The translations under genes were made by a program, and so were the position numbers. Below, piece by piece: positions 31,001 to 39,364 of a stretch of 64,000 nucleotides of DNA (position 1 is the stretch's first letter; the number at the start of each line of letters is the position of its first letter). The DNA is from Deltaproteobacteria bacterium (GTDB lineage Bacteria; Myxococcota_A; Polyangia; Polyangiales; Ga0077539): assembly GCA_947477565.1 (NCBI GenBank), contig CANJUR010000010.1:157-64156 (forward strand), in the 5' to 3' direction. Under the pieces are notes generated by a model. The model had not been told where the DNA came from and did no database searches. It was given only the letters and a program-made list of their open reading frames with translations.

Positions 31001-31769
31001 ACGACGGTGGGCGTCCGAGAAGTCCCAGTAGTACCGCGGGGTTACCATCCGTCGTTGCGTGTAGGCGCGACAGCAGCCCCGGTTCGGTCAGCAGGCGTCC
31101 GAGCGCCTCGGGTTCGAGGCCGTGCACCGGCAGCACCTCGGCGCGCGCGTGGTCGAACGCAGTGGCCAACTCGCGCTCCCGCGTCGAGGCGACGAGAAGC
31201 GCCGACGCCGCGCCGGGCGTGGGCTCTCCCGCGGGCCCAGCGGAGTCGAGCAGCGCGCGTACCAGCGCGCTCGAGGCCTCGTCCATGCGCGCCGCGCCGC
31301 GGATCAATACGAGCACCGGTCGTTGCCGACCGACCGCCGAGAGGAGGCGGGTGACGGCCTCGGTGAATCCCGCGGCGGCCTCGGTGGCGTCTACTTCTTC
31401 GCGCCCTCGTGGGGCGCGCGTGCTGACAAGCGGGGCGAGCGCCTCAAGGTGCGCCGGGCTAAGCAGATGCTGTTCGTCACGGGCCCGCAGCCAGGCGAGA
31501 GCCTGCGACGCGATGGCAAGAAATGGCGCGAACGCCGCGTGACGGATGCACCACCCCTCCAGCACGGGAAACGACGCACTCCGCGCCTGATCGCGTAGTT
31601 CATCGATGAGCCGCGATTTGCCGATGCCAGACGGGCCCGACACCAGCACTGCGCCGGTGCCATTGGCGCTCGTCGCGTCGAGGCGCGCGGTGATCCAGGC
31701 GAGTTCCCGTTCACGGCCGACGCAGGCGGGCACCGGTGTCGTTTCCCGCTCACTCTTCGCTCGAACCAC
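28071..31769 (-). CDS. sigma54-dependent transcriptional activator with N-terminal AAA16/STAND-type NTPase and TPR-like repeat sensor region
   Basis: 1232 aa. The N-terminus has VGRERELAWI...VLVSGPSGIGKSRLIDEL (Walker A at nt 31614-31637), then about 800 aa of helical, TPR-like repeats. The C-terminal 338 aa (nt 28074-29087) is a sigma54 AAA+ module (GESGTGKE, GHERGAFTGA, GTIFLDEIG, WPGNVRELEN) plus a Fis-type HTH (GNITHAATLLGMKRPRLSQLV). The start is GTG 31769 or GTG 31733. Confidence 0.85.
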   Translation of the reverse strand: MVRAKSERETTPVPACVGRERELAWITARLDATSANGTGAVLVSGPSGIGKSRLIDELRDQARSASFPVLEGWCIRHAAFAPFLAIASQALAWLRARDEQHLLSPAHLEALAPLVSTRAPRGREEVDATEAAAGFTEAVTRLLSAVGRQRPVLVLIRGAARMDEASSALVRALLDSAGPAGEPTPGAASALLVASTRERELATAFDHARAEVLPVHGLEPEALGRLLTEPGLLSRLHATTDGNPAVLLGLLGRPPSSRGDEVRSRMDELGEVPRRVVATLALADRPLPVLVLAATIGVDAPSVHRAVPPLVGADLARRTLDPTVGDVVVGLARHDDGARVLAGYADAECAAIRARLGVALAEWGRATPEEVVLHRLAGGAGAGLVGESLEVARSLLQRHAPASALALLEACAQIADATALKEIATLAVAAARAAGSEKEARGHVLRAREANPSDAELARLEAVIALSEGDLARAERALEQAETNLSPGDDEQRAMVLLSRAELRYQQGRFEEAERLAMDAIARTTDPKRIAEARNVVTKVLLVRRDFDRGQAWTEESLVLARARRSQDELLRGLINLGVVAIWRDDLDEAQRRFAEARAVALRGGSMMLQGVLLENEAVVAHLQGRYGDALRSYQEALEILTRVGNRRFVARVANNLGELYAQVGASDRARRLCEHAARVARGLTGSLAAESRMLRAQVELVEGRADAAAESAREAARHFAAAGDSERLAGARLLLTRAALLDGDVARAGQLLSEVPDGEEVSPRTRAERAAFEAEWERARGHDGLPTARRALERAESVGDRELQFRAEVLVSTALLHRGDVLTARRHVERAASLRATILGAVPDALRPGFGAQLERTGIALLEARLETYAAPVIAVTMAPRVSIATPTMEPTGLIGDSAAMRELRRRILRVSPQDVTVLIQGESGTGKERVAEALHRGSRRREGPLVKVNCAALAEGVLLSELFGHERGAFTGADRRRRGRFEIADGGTIFLDEIGDVSPATQAALLRVLQERSFERVGGNETLRVDVRVLAATNRDLDAMVAARTFREDLFFRLSSLTIKLPPLRDRRDDLPTLAAWFLERAAVESGTRPRRLTTASLRRLSEHAWPGNVRELENVLRASALLAETEDLSPEDLQGLPDVPRVTLTASQPGMPPPPPTTSFNEIDLVYQRIRAGGVALFDMRREIERGCIAQALEEAGGNITHAATLLGMKRPRLSQLVREYGLAKGSAP

Positions 31770-33567
31770 CGGGCGTCGGGCCGCCTTCTCGCTCCAGGTA
31801 GCGGAAGATCGTGCGGGGATCGACGCCTAGGTCGCGAGCGGTCTTCGTGCGGTTGCCGTTGTTGCGCTCCAGTACATCCAGAATGTACCGCCGCTGGAAG
31901 TCTTCCTTGGCCTTTTCGAGCGGAACGATGGTCTGGAGGGCCTCCGGGTGGAGATCGAGGTCTTCCGGTCCGAGCAGCGATCGATCGCACAGCACGAGCG
32001 CTTTTTTCACTCGGTTTTCGAGCTGCCGCACGTTGCCCGGCCAGTCGTACTTTCTAATCGCGATGAGCGCGTTGGGGGTAAACCCGCGCACAGCGGGGTT
32101 CATCTCCGGTCCGTTCTTTTGCAGTAGGAGCCGAGCGATCACCACGACGTCGTCACCGCGCTCGCGGAGCGGCGGCAAGAAGAGGTTGACCACGTTGAGA
32201 CGGTAGTAGAGGTCCTCGCGAAACCCGCCCTTGCGAATCTCTTCATCGAGGTCGCGGTTGGTCGCAGCGAGCACGCGGATGTTCACGGCTTCGGGCTTGC
32301 TGTCACCCACTTTGGTGACCACCCGCTCTTGCAGAGCGCGCAGCAGCTTCACCTGAAGATTGAGCGGCAACTCCCCGATCTCATCGAGGAAGAGCGTGCC
32401 TCCATTGGCGCTTTGAAACTTCCCGATGCGCGTGGTGACCGCCCCGGTGAAAGCGCCCTTCACGTGCCCGAAAAGCTCGGACTCCATGAGGTTCTCCGGG
32501 ATCGCCCCGCAGTTGATCACGATGAACGGCCCTGCCGCCCGCGACGAGCGGTTGTGAATCTCCCTCGCGATCAGTTCTTTGCCTGTGCCGGTCTCGCCGG
32601 TGATGAGCACGGAGATGTCCGTCGGCGCGACCTTGGAGACCTTGCGATACACGTCGAGCATCGACGGGCAGCTGCCGATAATCTCCCCAAAGCGCTGGCT
32701 CTTCAGCTTCTTCTCGAGTTCGGCATTGTCCGTGCGCAACGTCTCCAGCAGCAGGGCGTTTTGCAGGATGAGCGAAGCCTGCGAGGCGAAGACCGTGAGC
32801 ACGTCCATGGTGCGCGGCTCGAACAAGTTGGCCACCCGGTCGTTGCCCAGATAGATGAGCCCGAGCAGGTCGCCGCCGGCGATGAGCGGCGCGCACATCA
32901 CCGAGCACAGCCGGAGGTTCATCACCGACGCGGCGCCCTTGAACATCAAGTCGTGCGTGGCGTCTTGCACGATGAGCGGACGCTTCGATTCGATGACGCG
33001 CGCGATGATGCTGTCGGAGAGGTGACGCACGGCGTCCGGGAGGTTTTCCTGCCGAAGATTGCGAGCTGCCCGCACCTCCGTCTTGCCTTCTCGGAGCAGC
33101 ACCACGAAGCCCTTGTCCGCCCCGGTGGCCTCGATGGCGCCGTCGAGCAGGGCCTCAAGCAGCGCCTGCACGTCGCGGGTCACGAGCAGCCGCTCGCTGA
33201 ACTGGAAAAGTTTACGTAGCCCTGTAAATTCTGCGGTTGCGCCGTCGGCGCCGGAGGCCTTTCCGGGGCCGTCGGACTCTTCCAAGAGGGAGAATGCCAG
33301 TTCTGCTTCGCCCAACATAAGGCGGTCGTTGTGGCCCAGTCGGGCGCGTCGCTTGCGCTTTCCGTTGATCTGTATCTCCGCCACCGGGTCGCTCTCCTCG
33401 AGGGCGAAATCCCGTCCATCGAAGACGATCTGCGCATGCCACGACGCCACGCCCGGTGCGGGCAACAAGACGTCGTTACCCCCGGCGCTGCCAACGGTGG
33501 TGATGGATTTGTAGATCGGAAAGAGCTGGCCGCGACCGCTTGCGCCGACCCAACGGAGGCATGGCAT
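31750..33567 (-). CDS. sigma54-dependent transcriptional activator with FHA and GAF domains
   Basis: 605 aa with an N-terminal FHA-like segment (ITTVGSAGGNDVLLPAPGVASWHAQIVFDGRDFALEE...INGKR) and a GAF-like middle. The sigma54 AAA+ module has GETGTGKE, GHVKGAFTGA, TLFLDEIGE and WPGNVRQLEN. The C-terminal HTH reads GNRTKTARDLGVDPRTIFRYL. Confidence 0.9.
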   Translation of the reverse strand: MPCLRWVGASGRGQLFPIYKSITTVGSAGGNDVLLPAPGVASWHAQIVFDGRDFALEESDPVAEIQINGKRKRRARLGHNDRLMLGEAELAFSLLEESDGPGKASGADGATAEFTGLRKLFQFSERLLVTRDVQALLEALLDGAIEATGADKGFVVLLREGKTEVRAARNLRQENLPDAVRHLSDSIIARVIESKRPLIVQDATHDLMFKGAASVMNLRLCSVMCAPLIAGGDLLGLIYLGNDRVANLFEPRTMDVLTVFASQASLILQNALLLETLRTDNAELEKKLKSQRFGEIIGSCPSMLDVYRKVSKVAPTDISVLITGETGTGKELIAREIHNRSSRAAGPFIVINCGAIPENLMESELFGHVKGAFTGAVTTRIGKFQSANGGTLFLDEIGELPLNLQVKLLRALQERVVTKVGDSKPEAVNIRVLAATNRDLDEEIRKGGFREDLYYRLNVVNLFLPPLRERGDDVVVIARLLLQKNGPEMNPAVRGFTPNALIAIRKYDWPGNVRQLENRVKKALVLCDRSLLGPEDLDLHPEALQTIVPLEKAKEDFQRRYILDVLERNNGNRTKTARDLGVDPRTIFRYLEREGGPTPGGSSEE

Positions 33568-33670
33568 CAGGACCTCACACTACGACTTACCCAAGCATAC
33601 CTTGGGCTCGCCGCGACTGGCGTCGTGATGTGCGCGCCGGGAAAGTTGTCCACCTGCCAGCGCAGCCCCC

Positions 33671-34009
33671 ATGCTCCGCGGCGTGCGCGTCTTTACGGCT
33701 TTCTTTCTCTTCTGCTTGCCGCTTGCGTGTGCGTCTTCGCCGCGCATCTTCGTCGACGGAATGACCGTGCCGGTCACCGTGGTGAACCGCACGCGGGACA
33801 GCATCTGCTTTCTCTATCTTTCACCCATCAACGGCGACTCGTGGACCGACGACGTCCTCGGGAGCGGGACGGTCGCGGAGGGGGCGACGCGGACGATCCG
33901 TGTTCCGCCGGGAAACTGGGACATTCGCATCGAGAATTGTCAGCACGAGGGGGGAAGCATCCTGCGCGGCGCGCGCATCGCACGGGGCAGTGCGCTGGTG
34001 CTTCAGTGA
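33671..34009 (+). CDS. small lipoprotein, function unknown
   Basis: 112 aa with a lipobox (FCLPLAC). It is divergent from the FHA-type activator. Confidence 0.5.
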   Translation: MLRGVRVFTAFFLFCLPLACASSPRIFVDGMTVPVTVVNRTRDSICFLYLSPINGDSWTDDVLGSGTVAEGATRTIRVPPGNWDIRIENCQHEGGSILRGARIARGSALVLQ

Positions 34010-34014
34010 TGTGA

Positions 34015-34374
34015 TCAGCGCACGGCGCGGAGGGTGCGGAGATAGGCAATCACGTGTTCGAGGTCGGCGTCCGTGAGCTTCGTCGGGGTGATCGCCCGCA
34101 TCTTGTTGGTGCCCTGCCGAATCACCTTGGTCATGGCCTCGACGGAGAGGTTCTTTCCGTGGATGTCGGGGCCGGTGTCTTCATCGCCATGCGGGTGACA
34201 ACGGCCGCAAGCACGATTGAACTGGGTCACGCCTTCGGCGGCCTGGGCCTCGACGGGCGGGGCGGTCGCGGCCATCAGGGCGATGACAAGAGCCATGGAG
34301 CCGAGGGCGCTTCCGGCGAGGATCCAGCGACGACGAGAGGGAGTGTTGTTCTGCACGGTTGGCCTTTCTGACAC
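34015..34374 (-). CDS. c-type cytochrome (monohaem)
   Basis: 119 aa with a signal sequence, a single CGRCH haem-binding motif and a downstream Met (NKMRAI) as a likely axial ligand. Confidence 0.75.
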   Translation of the reverse strand: MSERPTVQNNTPSRRRWILAGSALGSMALVIALMAATAPPVEAQAAEGVTQFNRACGRCHPHGDEDTGPDIHGKNLSVEAMTKVIRQGTNKMRAITPTKLTDADLEHVIAYLRTLRAVR

Positions 34375-34431
34375 GGGTATAGCCGATGTGACAGTTGATC
34401 TTCGCCCGGTGATTCATCGACGCACGAAGAT

Positions 34432-35280
34432 TCAGAAACTAAGCGATAGCGATGCGCCCATGCCGCCAGGCGAAGACGAGAACTGCACCCCCTGGAGCAT
34501 CGGTGGAATGGGCCGCGGCACGCGGTTGATCACGCGCTGCGGAACATAGTCGGCGTTGGCGCGCCAGACCCCGATGGCCGTGGTGACCACGAAGGCGCTG
34601 AGCAGGCTCCAGTTGAGAACCCGCATGCCGAGCGCGGCGTTGGCGCGGGCGTCATCGGCTCCGAGTTCGAAGACGCCCGCGGGCTGCGTCGGCGATTGCA
34701 CCGCCTGATCGATGACCGCAGCCGCCACGCTCCCGAGCAGGAAGGCCGCTTCCAGGGAGAGAAAAACCACACCGAGCCCGGTTTGTCGGTTGGCAAACTG
34801 CCCGACGCCAAAGGGCACAAAGGTTTGCCAGCGGGGCACGATCTCGACGCGAGCTTCGGTGCCGAGGAGTTCGAGCGCGAGAGCACGGCGGGCATCGCGG
34901 GTGTTCTCTTCGAGTCGTCGAGTCTGCGCCCGATCGACGAGGAGGCGGTCGAGGGAGGGCTCCATCATCCGGACGACGTCGTCGTACAGGCGCACGAAAC
35001 GGTCTTCGAACGACGCCGCGTCGAGGCGTGCGCGTGGGTCTTCGCGGAGAAGGTCGGCGATGACGAGCCGAGCCTCGGGCTCGTGTTGCTGGGCGAAGAG
35101 CGACGCCGCGAGGTACTTCCGCGCCGTCGGTCGAACGAGCGCCAACTGCGGGGTGTTCGCGCGGCCGATGAGGTCTTCGAGTTCGTGGGTCGAACGGGCG
35201 TATTCTCCATTGATGTACGCGTCGCGGGCGGCGATGAAATCGTCGAACTCGTCGGCCCGCGCAACCTTCGAGAATGCCAT
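34432..35280 (-). CDS. membrane protein, function unknown
   Basis: Track ORF 34432..35424 overlaps the upstream kinase. The first start codon after the kinase stop is ATG 35280 (MAFSKVARADEF...). It has about 170 soluble residues, then three hydrophobic segments. Confidence 0.45.
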   Translation of the reverse strand: MAFSKVARADEFDDFIAARDAYINGEYARSTHELEDLIGRANTPQLALVRPTARKYLAASLFAQQHEPEARLVIADLLREDPRARLDAASFEDRFVRLYDDVVRMMEPSLDRLLVDRAQTRRLEENTRDARRALALELLGTEARVEIVPRWQTFVPFGVGQFANRQTGLGVVFLSLEAAFLLGSVAAAVIDQAVQSPTQPAGVFELGADDARANAALGMRVLNWSLLSAFVVTTAIGVWRANADYVPQRVINRVPRPIPPMLQGVQFSSSPGGMGASLSLSF

Positions 35281-35300
35281 GGTGACGACGAAGGCGGATA

Positions 35301-36998
35301 TCAGGGAGGCCCGGCGGCCCGGGTGCTGGTGTCGCCGACCGCACGCAGCGCCCGCAGGCGCGGCCGCACGACGAGCGCCTCGGTACCGGGAGGGATCACC
35401 TCCGACCATACGAGGGGCTCCCAACCCGGGCTGAGGAAGTGAATCGTCGCGCGTTGCCCCACCGGCAGGTGCAGCGGCGGGTCCGCAGAGCTGTACGGCA
35501 CGAACGATCCACCAGAACCGATGGAATACATCAAATTGCGGGGATTGGGGACGATTCTCACGTCGCGCAGCACCCTCACCGGGGCAGCGCCAACAAGCTC
35601 CGCTGCACCGTGCCGATCGGGAATACGGACAGGGGGGCGCGGCACGACCACAGGCACATCGGGCACCAGATTCGGCCGGGCGGTCTCGGTGGCTCGCAGC
35701 GGTGGCATCACCAGGGGGCGCTGCACCGGGTCGATCGTCGGCGCGCCGGTCACCGGCGTCGGGGCCTTTGGGATGAGCGTGGTCAGCGCGAGGCCCAGGA
35801 GCGTCGAGGCCAGCGCGGCACCTCCCACGATCGACGCCGAGCGAAGGGTGCGCCGTCGCCGGTGGGCGCGGGCCGCGCTGCGCACCATGGAGAGCACCCG
35901 GGCGTTGCCTGGGTCGATCGCAAGGGCGCGGTTGAAGTACCCCATCGCCTCTCGGAGATCGCCCCGGCTGCGAGCCGCGAGACCGAGCGCGGGCAGCCGT
36001 ACGATGAGCGTCGATTGCACCTTTTCGGTCACCCCATCGGGGTCGGCGAAGTACCGATCAAGCTCCTTGATTGGATCGTCCCAGCCGACTTCGGCGCAGA
36101 GCGCGAGCAGCGCCTCCCGCAGCGCGGCTGCATCGGGGTAGCGATCGCTGGGAGAGCGCGCCATGGAGCGACTCACGATGGCCGCGAAGCGATGGCCGAC
36201 CGTCGGCGCCGAGCGCAGCGGATCGGGGTAGTCGCCATCGAGGATCTTTCGCAGGAGGCTGTGGGTGCTGGGTCCATCAAAGGGCAGGCGTCGCGTGGCG
36301 AGCAGATAGAGAACGGTGCCCGCGGCAAACAGGTCGGTGCGCGCATCGACCTGCGAGCCCTCGATCTGTTCGGGCGCCATGTGCGCCGGCGAGCCCAGCA
36401 CCTGCCCGGTCGAGGTCATCTCGTGCTGGTCGGCGACGTGCGCGATGCCGAAGTCCGTGAGCTTGAGGCGCCCTTTGGCCAGCATGAGGTTGTCGGGCTT
36501 CACGTCGCGGTGCACGACCCCCTGGGAGTGCGCGCACATCAGCGCGTCACAGAGCACCACCCCGATGGCGGCCGCGATCTCCGCGGGAATCTCCTCCCGG
36601 CCTTCGAAGAACCGCCGGAGCGTCGGGCCATCGATGAGTTCGGTGACCATGAAGGAAGCCTCGGTGCCACCTTCGGAGAACTCGTAGACCTCCACGATGT
36701 TGGGGTGTCGCAGCCGCGCGGCGGCCCTCGCCTCCCGCTCAAACCGCATCCGGCTCTCGGGATCCTGTGCGAGGTGCGGGTGCAGAACCTTGATGGCCAC
36801 CTCGCGGTCCAGCGTCGGGTCGTGGGCCCGATAGACGACGGCCATGCCGCCGTGGCCCAGTTCGCCCCGGACCTCGTACTTGCCGATGAAGCGTAGAGGC
36901 TTCTCGGGTGCTGGTTCCACGTTGGAATGCACTCTAGGCATCGGAGAACCGTTCCGGCAAGCGCGGGAAGATCCGGGATGCACCGAATGGGTCGGCAC
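35301..36998 (-). CDS. Ser/Thr protein kinase with TPR-like segment
   Basis: Carries GHGGMAVVYRA, VHRDVKPDNLM, DFGIAH and GSPAHMAPEQ, followed by a TPR-like REAMGYFNRALAIDPGNARV and one TM segment. An alternative start is ATG 36941. Confidence 0.9.
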   Translation of the reverse strand: MPTHSVHPGSSRACRNGSPMPRVHSNVEPAPEKPLRFIGKYEVRGELGHGGMAVVYRAHDPTLDREVAIKVLHPHLAQDPESRMRFEREARAAARLRHPNIVEVYEFSEGGTEASFMVTELIDGPTLRRFFEGREEIPAEIAAAIGVVLCDALMCAHSQGVVHRDVKPDNLMLAKGRLKLTDFGIAHVADQHEMTSTGQVLGSPAHMAPEQIEGSQVDARTDLFAAGTVLYLLATRRLPFDGPSTHSLLRKILDGDYPDPLRSAPTVGHRFAAIVSRSMARSPSDRYPDAAALREALLALCAEVGWDDPIKELDRYFADPDGVTEKVQSTLIVRLPALGLAARSRGDLREAMGYFNRALAIDPGNARVLSMVRSAARAHRRRRTLRSASIVGGAALASTLLGLALTTLIPKAPTPVTGAPTIDPVQRPLVMPPLRATETARPNLVPDVPVVVPRPPVRIPDRHGAAELVGAAPVRVLRDVRIVPNPRNLMYSIGSGGSFVPYSSADPPLHLPVGQRATIHFLSPGWEPLVWSEVIPPGTEALVVRPRLRALRAVGDTSTRAAGPP

Positions 36999-37034
36999 TT
37001 GCCGTCAGGTTGGATCGCTCCCCTTGCGCCTGCA

Positions 37035-37541
37035 TCAACGATCGGAATTGTGGAAGGGCGGTGGGGGTCCGCCATAGCGCGTGGACATGCTCCCCGGAGA
37101 GGCCGGTCGGCGCGGCGGATCGACCACCGGCGCCACGTCATACGCAGGGGCCGCGGCCGGGTCGTTTGCGTGATGCAGCGACGGACGAACGACCGGCACG
37201 GTCGGCGGAATCGACGGCATCAACGGCATCGCAGCGTCCGCGGGGACGGCGATGTCGACGGGCGCGGGCGGTCCGCCGTAGATGGTCTGCACCATCCCGG
37301 CGTCTTCCGCCTGAACGGGCGGTTGCACGGTCGTGGAGCCTGACTGCGACTGGCACGCCGTCGAGAGAAATGCCGCCGCGAAGGCCAGCACCCCCGCGCG
37401 GCTGAGACGCAGCCCCGGCTCTGGGACGATGCCCGCGAGGGAGGCGTTGGTCAGCGCGTGCGCGCAGAACGGACACGCCGCTTCGTCTGCGCGAACGTGG
37501 CGGTGGCAGCCCCCGCAAGGCACCAACGGTGAGGTGTTCAT
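37035..37541 (-). CDS. zinc-ribbon / single-TM / Pro-rich protein
   Basis: Starts at the internal ATG 37541 (MNTSPLVPCGGCHRHVRADEAACPFCAHAL). It has a CxxC...CxxC ribbon, a TM segment (AGVLAFAAAFLSTAC) and a Pro-rich tail. It lies directly upstream of the kinase on the same strand. Confidence 0.5.
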   Translation of the reverse strand: MNTSPLVPCGGCHRHVRADEAACPFCAHALTNASLAGIVPEPGLRLSRAGVLAFAAAFLSTACQSQSGSTTVQPPVQAEDAGMVQTIYGGPPAPVDIAVPADAAMPLMPSIPPTVPVVRPSLHHANDPAAAPAYDVAPVVDPPRRPASPGSMSTRYGGPPPPFHNSDR

Positions 37542-37642
37542 GCTGGAGATGACAGCACGCGGGAGCGTGAGCCTGGAAGGGGCGGCGGGAATGTGCGCGC
37601 GACGGATGACCCGTGGCGGTGTCGCATGGTAGGGCGGCACCT

Positions 37643-39364
37643 ATGGCGATGGAGGAGAGCTTCCTCAAGTCCGTGTTTCACGGCGTAATTCCCGAAGAGA
37701 TGGTGTTTCCGTACCCCGAGCCGGGACGTGAACAGCGAGAGCACATCGGGCTCATCCTCGACGGCGTCCGCAACTTCGCGCGCAAGCACATCGACGCCGG
37801 CGCCATCGACCGCGCGGCGGAGATTCCCCCGGAGGTCTTCCAGGGCATGCGTGACCTCGGACTCTTCGGGCTGACAGTGCCCACCGAATACGGCGGTTCC
37901 GGCCTCGGGGCCACGGGGTTCGCTCGCATCATCCAGGAGATCGCCGGCTACGACGCCTCGCTTGCGGTGACCGTGGGCGCCCACCTCTCCCTGGGAACGT
38001 CGGGCATCCTGCTATTTGGTACGGAGGCCCAACGACGTCGATTGTTGCCTGCGATGGCGCGCGGCGAGCGCATCGGCGGCTTCGCCCTTACCGAGGTCGG
38101 CGCAGGCAGCGATGCTGCGGGAATCCAGACCCGCGGTGAACTCGATCGCGCTGGCGAAACATGGTCCATCGATGGAACCAAAGCCTGGGTGACCAACGGC
38201 TCGCGGGCCGACATCATCACGGTTTTCGCGCGAACGACGGCGTTTGACCTGCGCTCCAAACCCCGGATCACGGCCTTCCTCGTGGAGGCCGGGGAGGGGA
38301 TGGTACGTGGCCCCAACGATCTCAAACTAGGGCTGCGCGCGACCTCCACGCCGTGGATCCGATTCGAAGGCGCGAAGGTTCCGTCGGAGAACGTTCTGGG
38401 CGAGGCGGGACGGGGGTTTCGCGTGGCGATGGAGGTGCTCAACGGCGGTCGCCTCTCGCTCGCGGCCGGCTGCGTTGGAATGTGCCGTCGGCTCATCCGA
38501 TTGTCCGTGGACCGGGCACAAGAGCGCCGGGCCTTCGGTCGGCCCATCGGTGAGTTCGGGATGATCAAGGACAAGATCGCGCGAATGATGGCGGAGACCT
38601 TTGCGCTCGAGTCGATGGTCTACCTGACCACCGGGATGGTCGATGCGAAGGTGCCGGACTGGTCTCTCGAGAGCGCGATCTGCAAGGTGTTTGGGAGCGA
38701 GGTGTTATGGCGCCTGGCCGACGACGCGATGCAGATCGCGGCGGGCCTCGGATACCAGCAGCCGCACCCCTGCGAGCGAATGCTGCGCGACGCGCGGGCG
38801 AACCCGATCTTCGAGGGCACCAACGAGGTGCTGCGCGCGTTCGTGGCGCTGAGCGGGATGCAGGGGCCCGGGCGCAAGTTGGCCGAGGTGGTGCGGGCCA
38901 TCCGTGAACCCATCAAGGGGATGGGGCTGATGTACGAGTTTGCGATGCAGCGGGCGCGCACGACCTTCGGCCGAGAGCGGATGAACCGCGCGCACAACAC
39001 CCTGCGGCGAGAAGTGGTGCTCTTCGAGGAGTACGTCGCGCACTTCCAGAAGAGCGTGGACAAGGTGCTCCGCAAGCACGGCAAGGACATCGCGGAGATG
39101 CAGTACACGCAGCGCCGCGTGGCTGATCTGGCGACGGACCTCTACGCGTTGGCGGCGGTGATCTCGCGCACGACGCGGGCGATCGATCGCAAGGGCGAGG
39201 AGGGGGCGCGTCGGGAGGTGGAGATCACGATGACCTTCGCCAACATGGCCGAGCGGCGGATGCAGGCGAACCTCGCGGCTTTCGACGACAACGACGACGA
39301 GTTGCGCAAGGGCGTCGCGGCGCAGGCCTACGTGGACGGCGGCTACAGCTTCGACGTCGTCTGA
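37643..39364 (+). CDS. acyl-CoA dehydrogenase family protein (long form)
   Basis: About 573 aa with GFALTEVGAGSDAAG, WVTNG, CERMLRDARANPIFEGTNEVLR and a C-terminal extension. The track ORF begins at GTG 37613, and ATG 37643 (MAMEESFLK) is preferred. Confidence 0.85.
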   Translation: MAMEESFLKSVFHGVIPEEMVFPYPEPGREQREHIGLILDGVRNFARKHIDAGAIDRAAEIPPEVFQGMRDLGLFGLTVPTEYGGSGLGATGFARIIQEIAGYDASLAVTVGAHLSLGTSGILLFGTEAQRRRLLPAMARGERIGGFALTEVGAGSDAAGIQTRGELDRAGETWSIDGTKAWVTNGSRADIITVFARTTAFDLRSKPRITAFLVEAGEGMVRGPNDLKLGLRATSTPWIRFEGAKVPSENVLGEAGRGFRVAMEVLNGGRLSLAAGCVGMCRRLIRLSVDRAQERRAFGRPIGEFGMIKDKIARMMAETFALESMVYLTTGMVDAKVPDWSLESAICKVFGSEVLWRLADDAMQIAAGLGYQQPHPCERMLRDARANPIFEGTNEVLRAFVALSGMQGPGRKLAEVVRAIREPIKGMGLMYEFAMQRARTTFGRERMNRAHNTLRREVVLFEEYVAHFQKSVDKVLRKHGKDIAEMQYTQRRVADLATDLYALAAVISRTTRAIDRKGEEGARREVEITMTFANMAERRMQANLAAFDDNDDELRKGVAAQAYVDGGYSFDVV

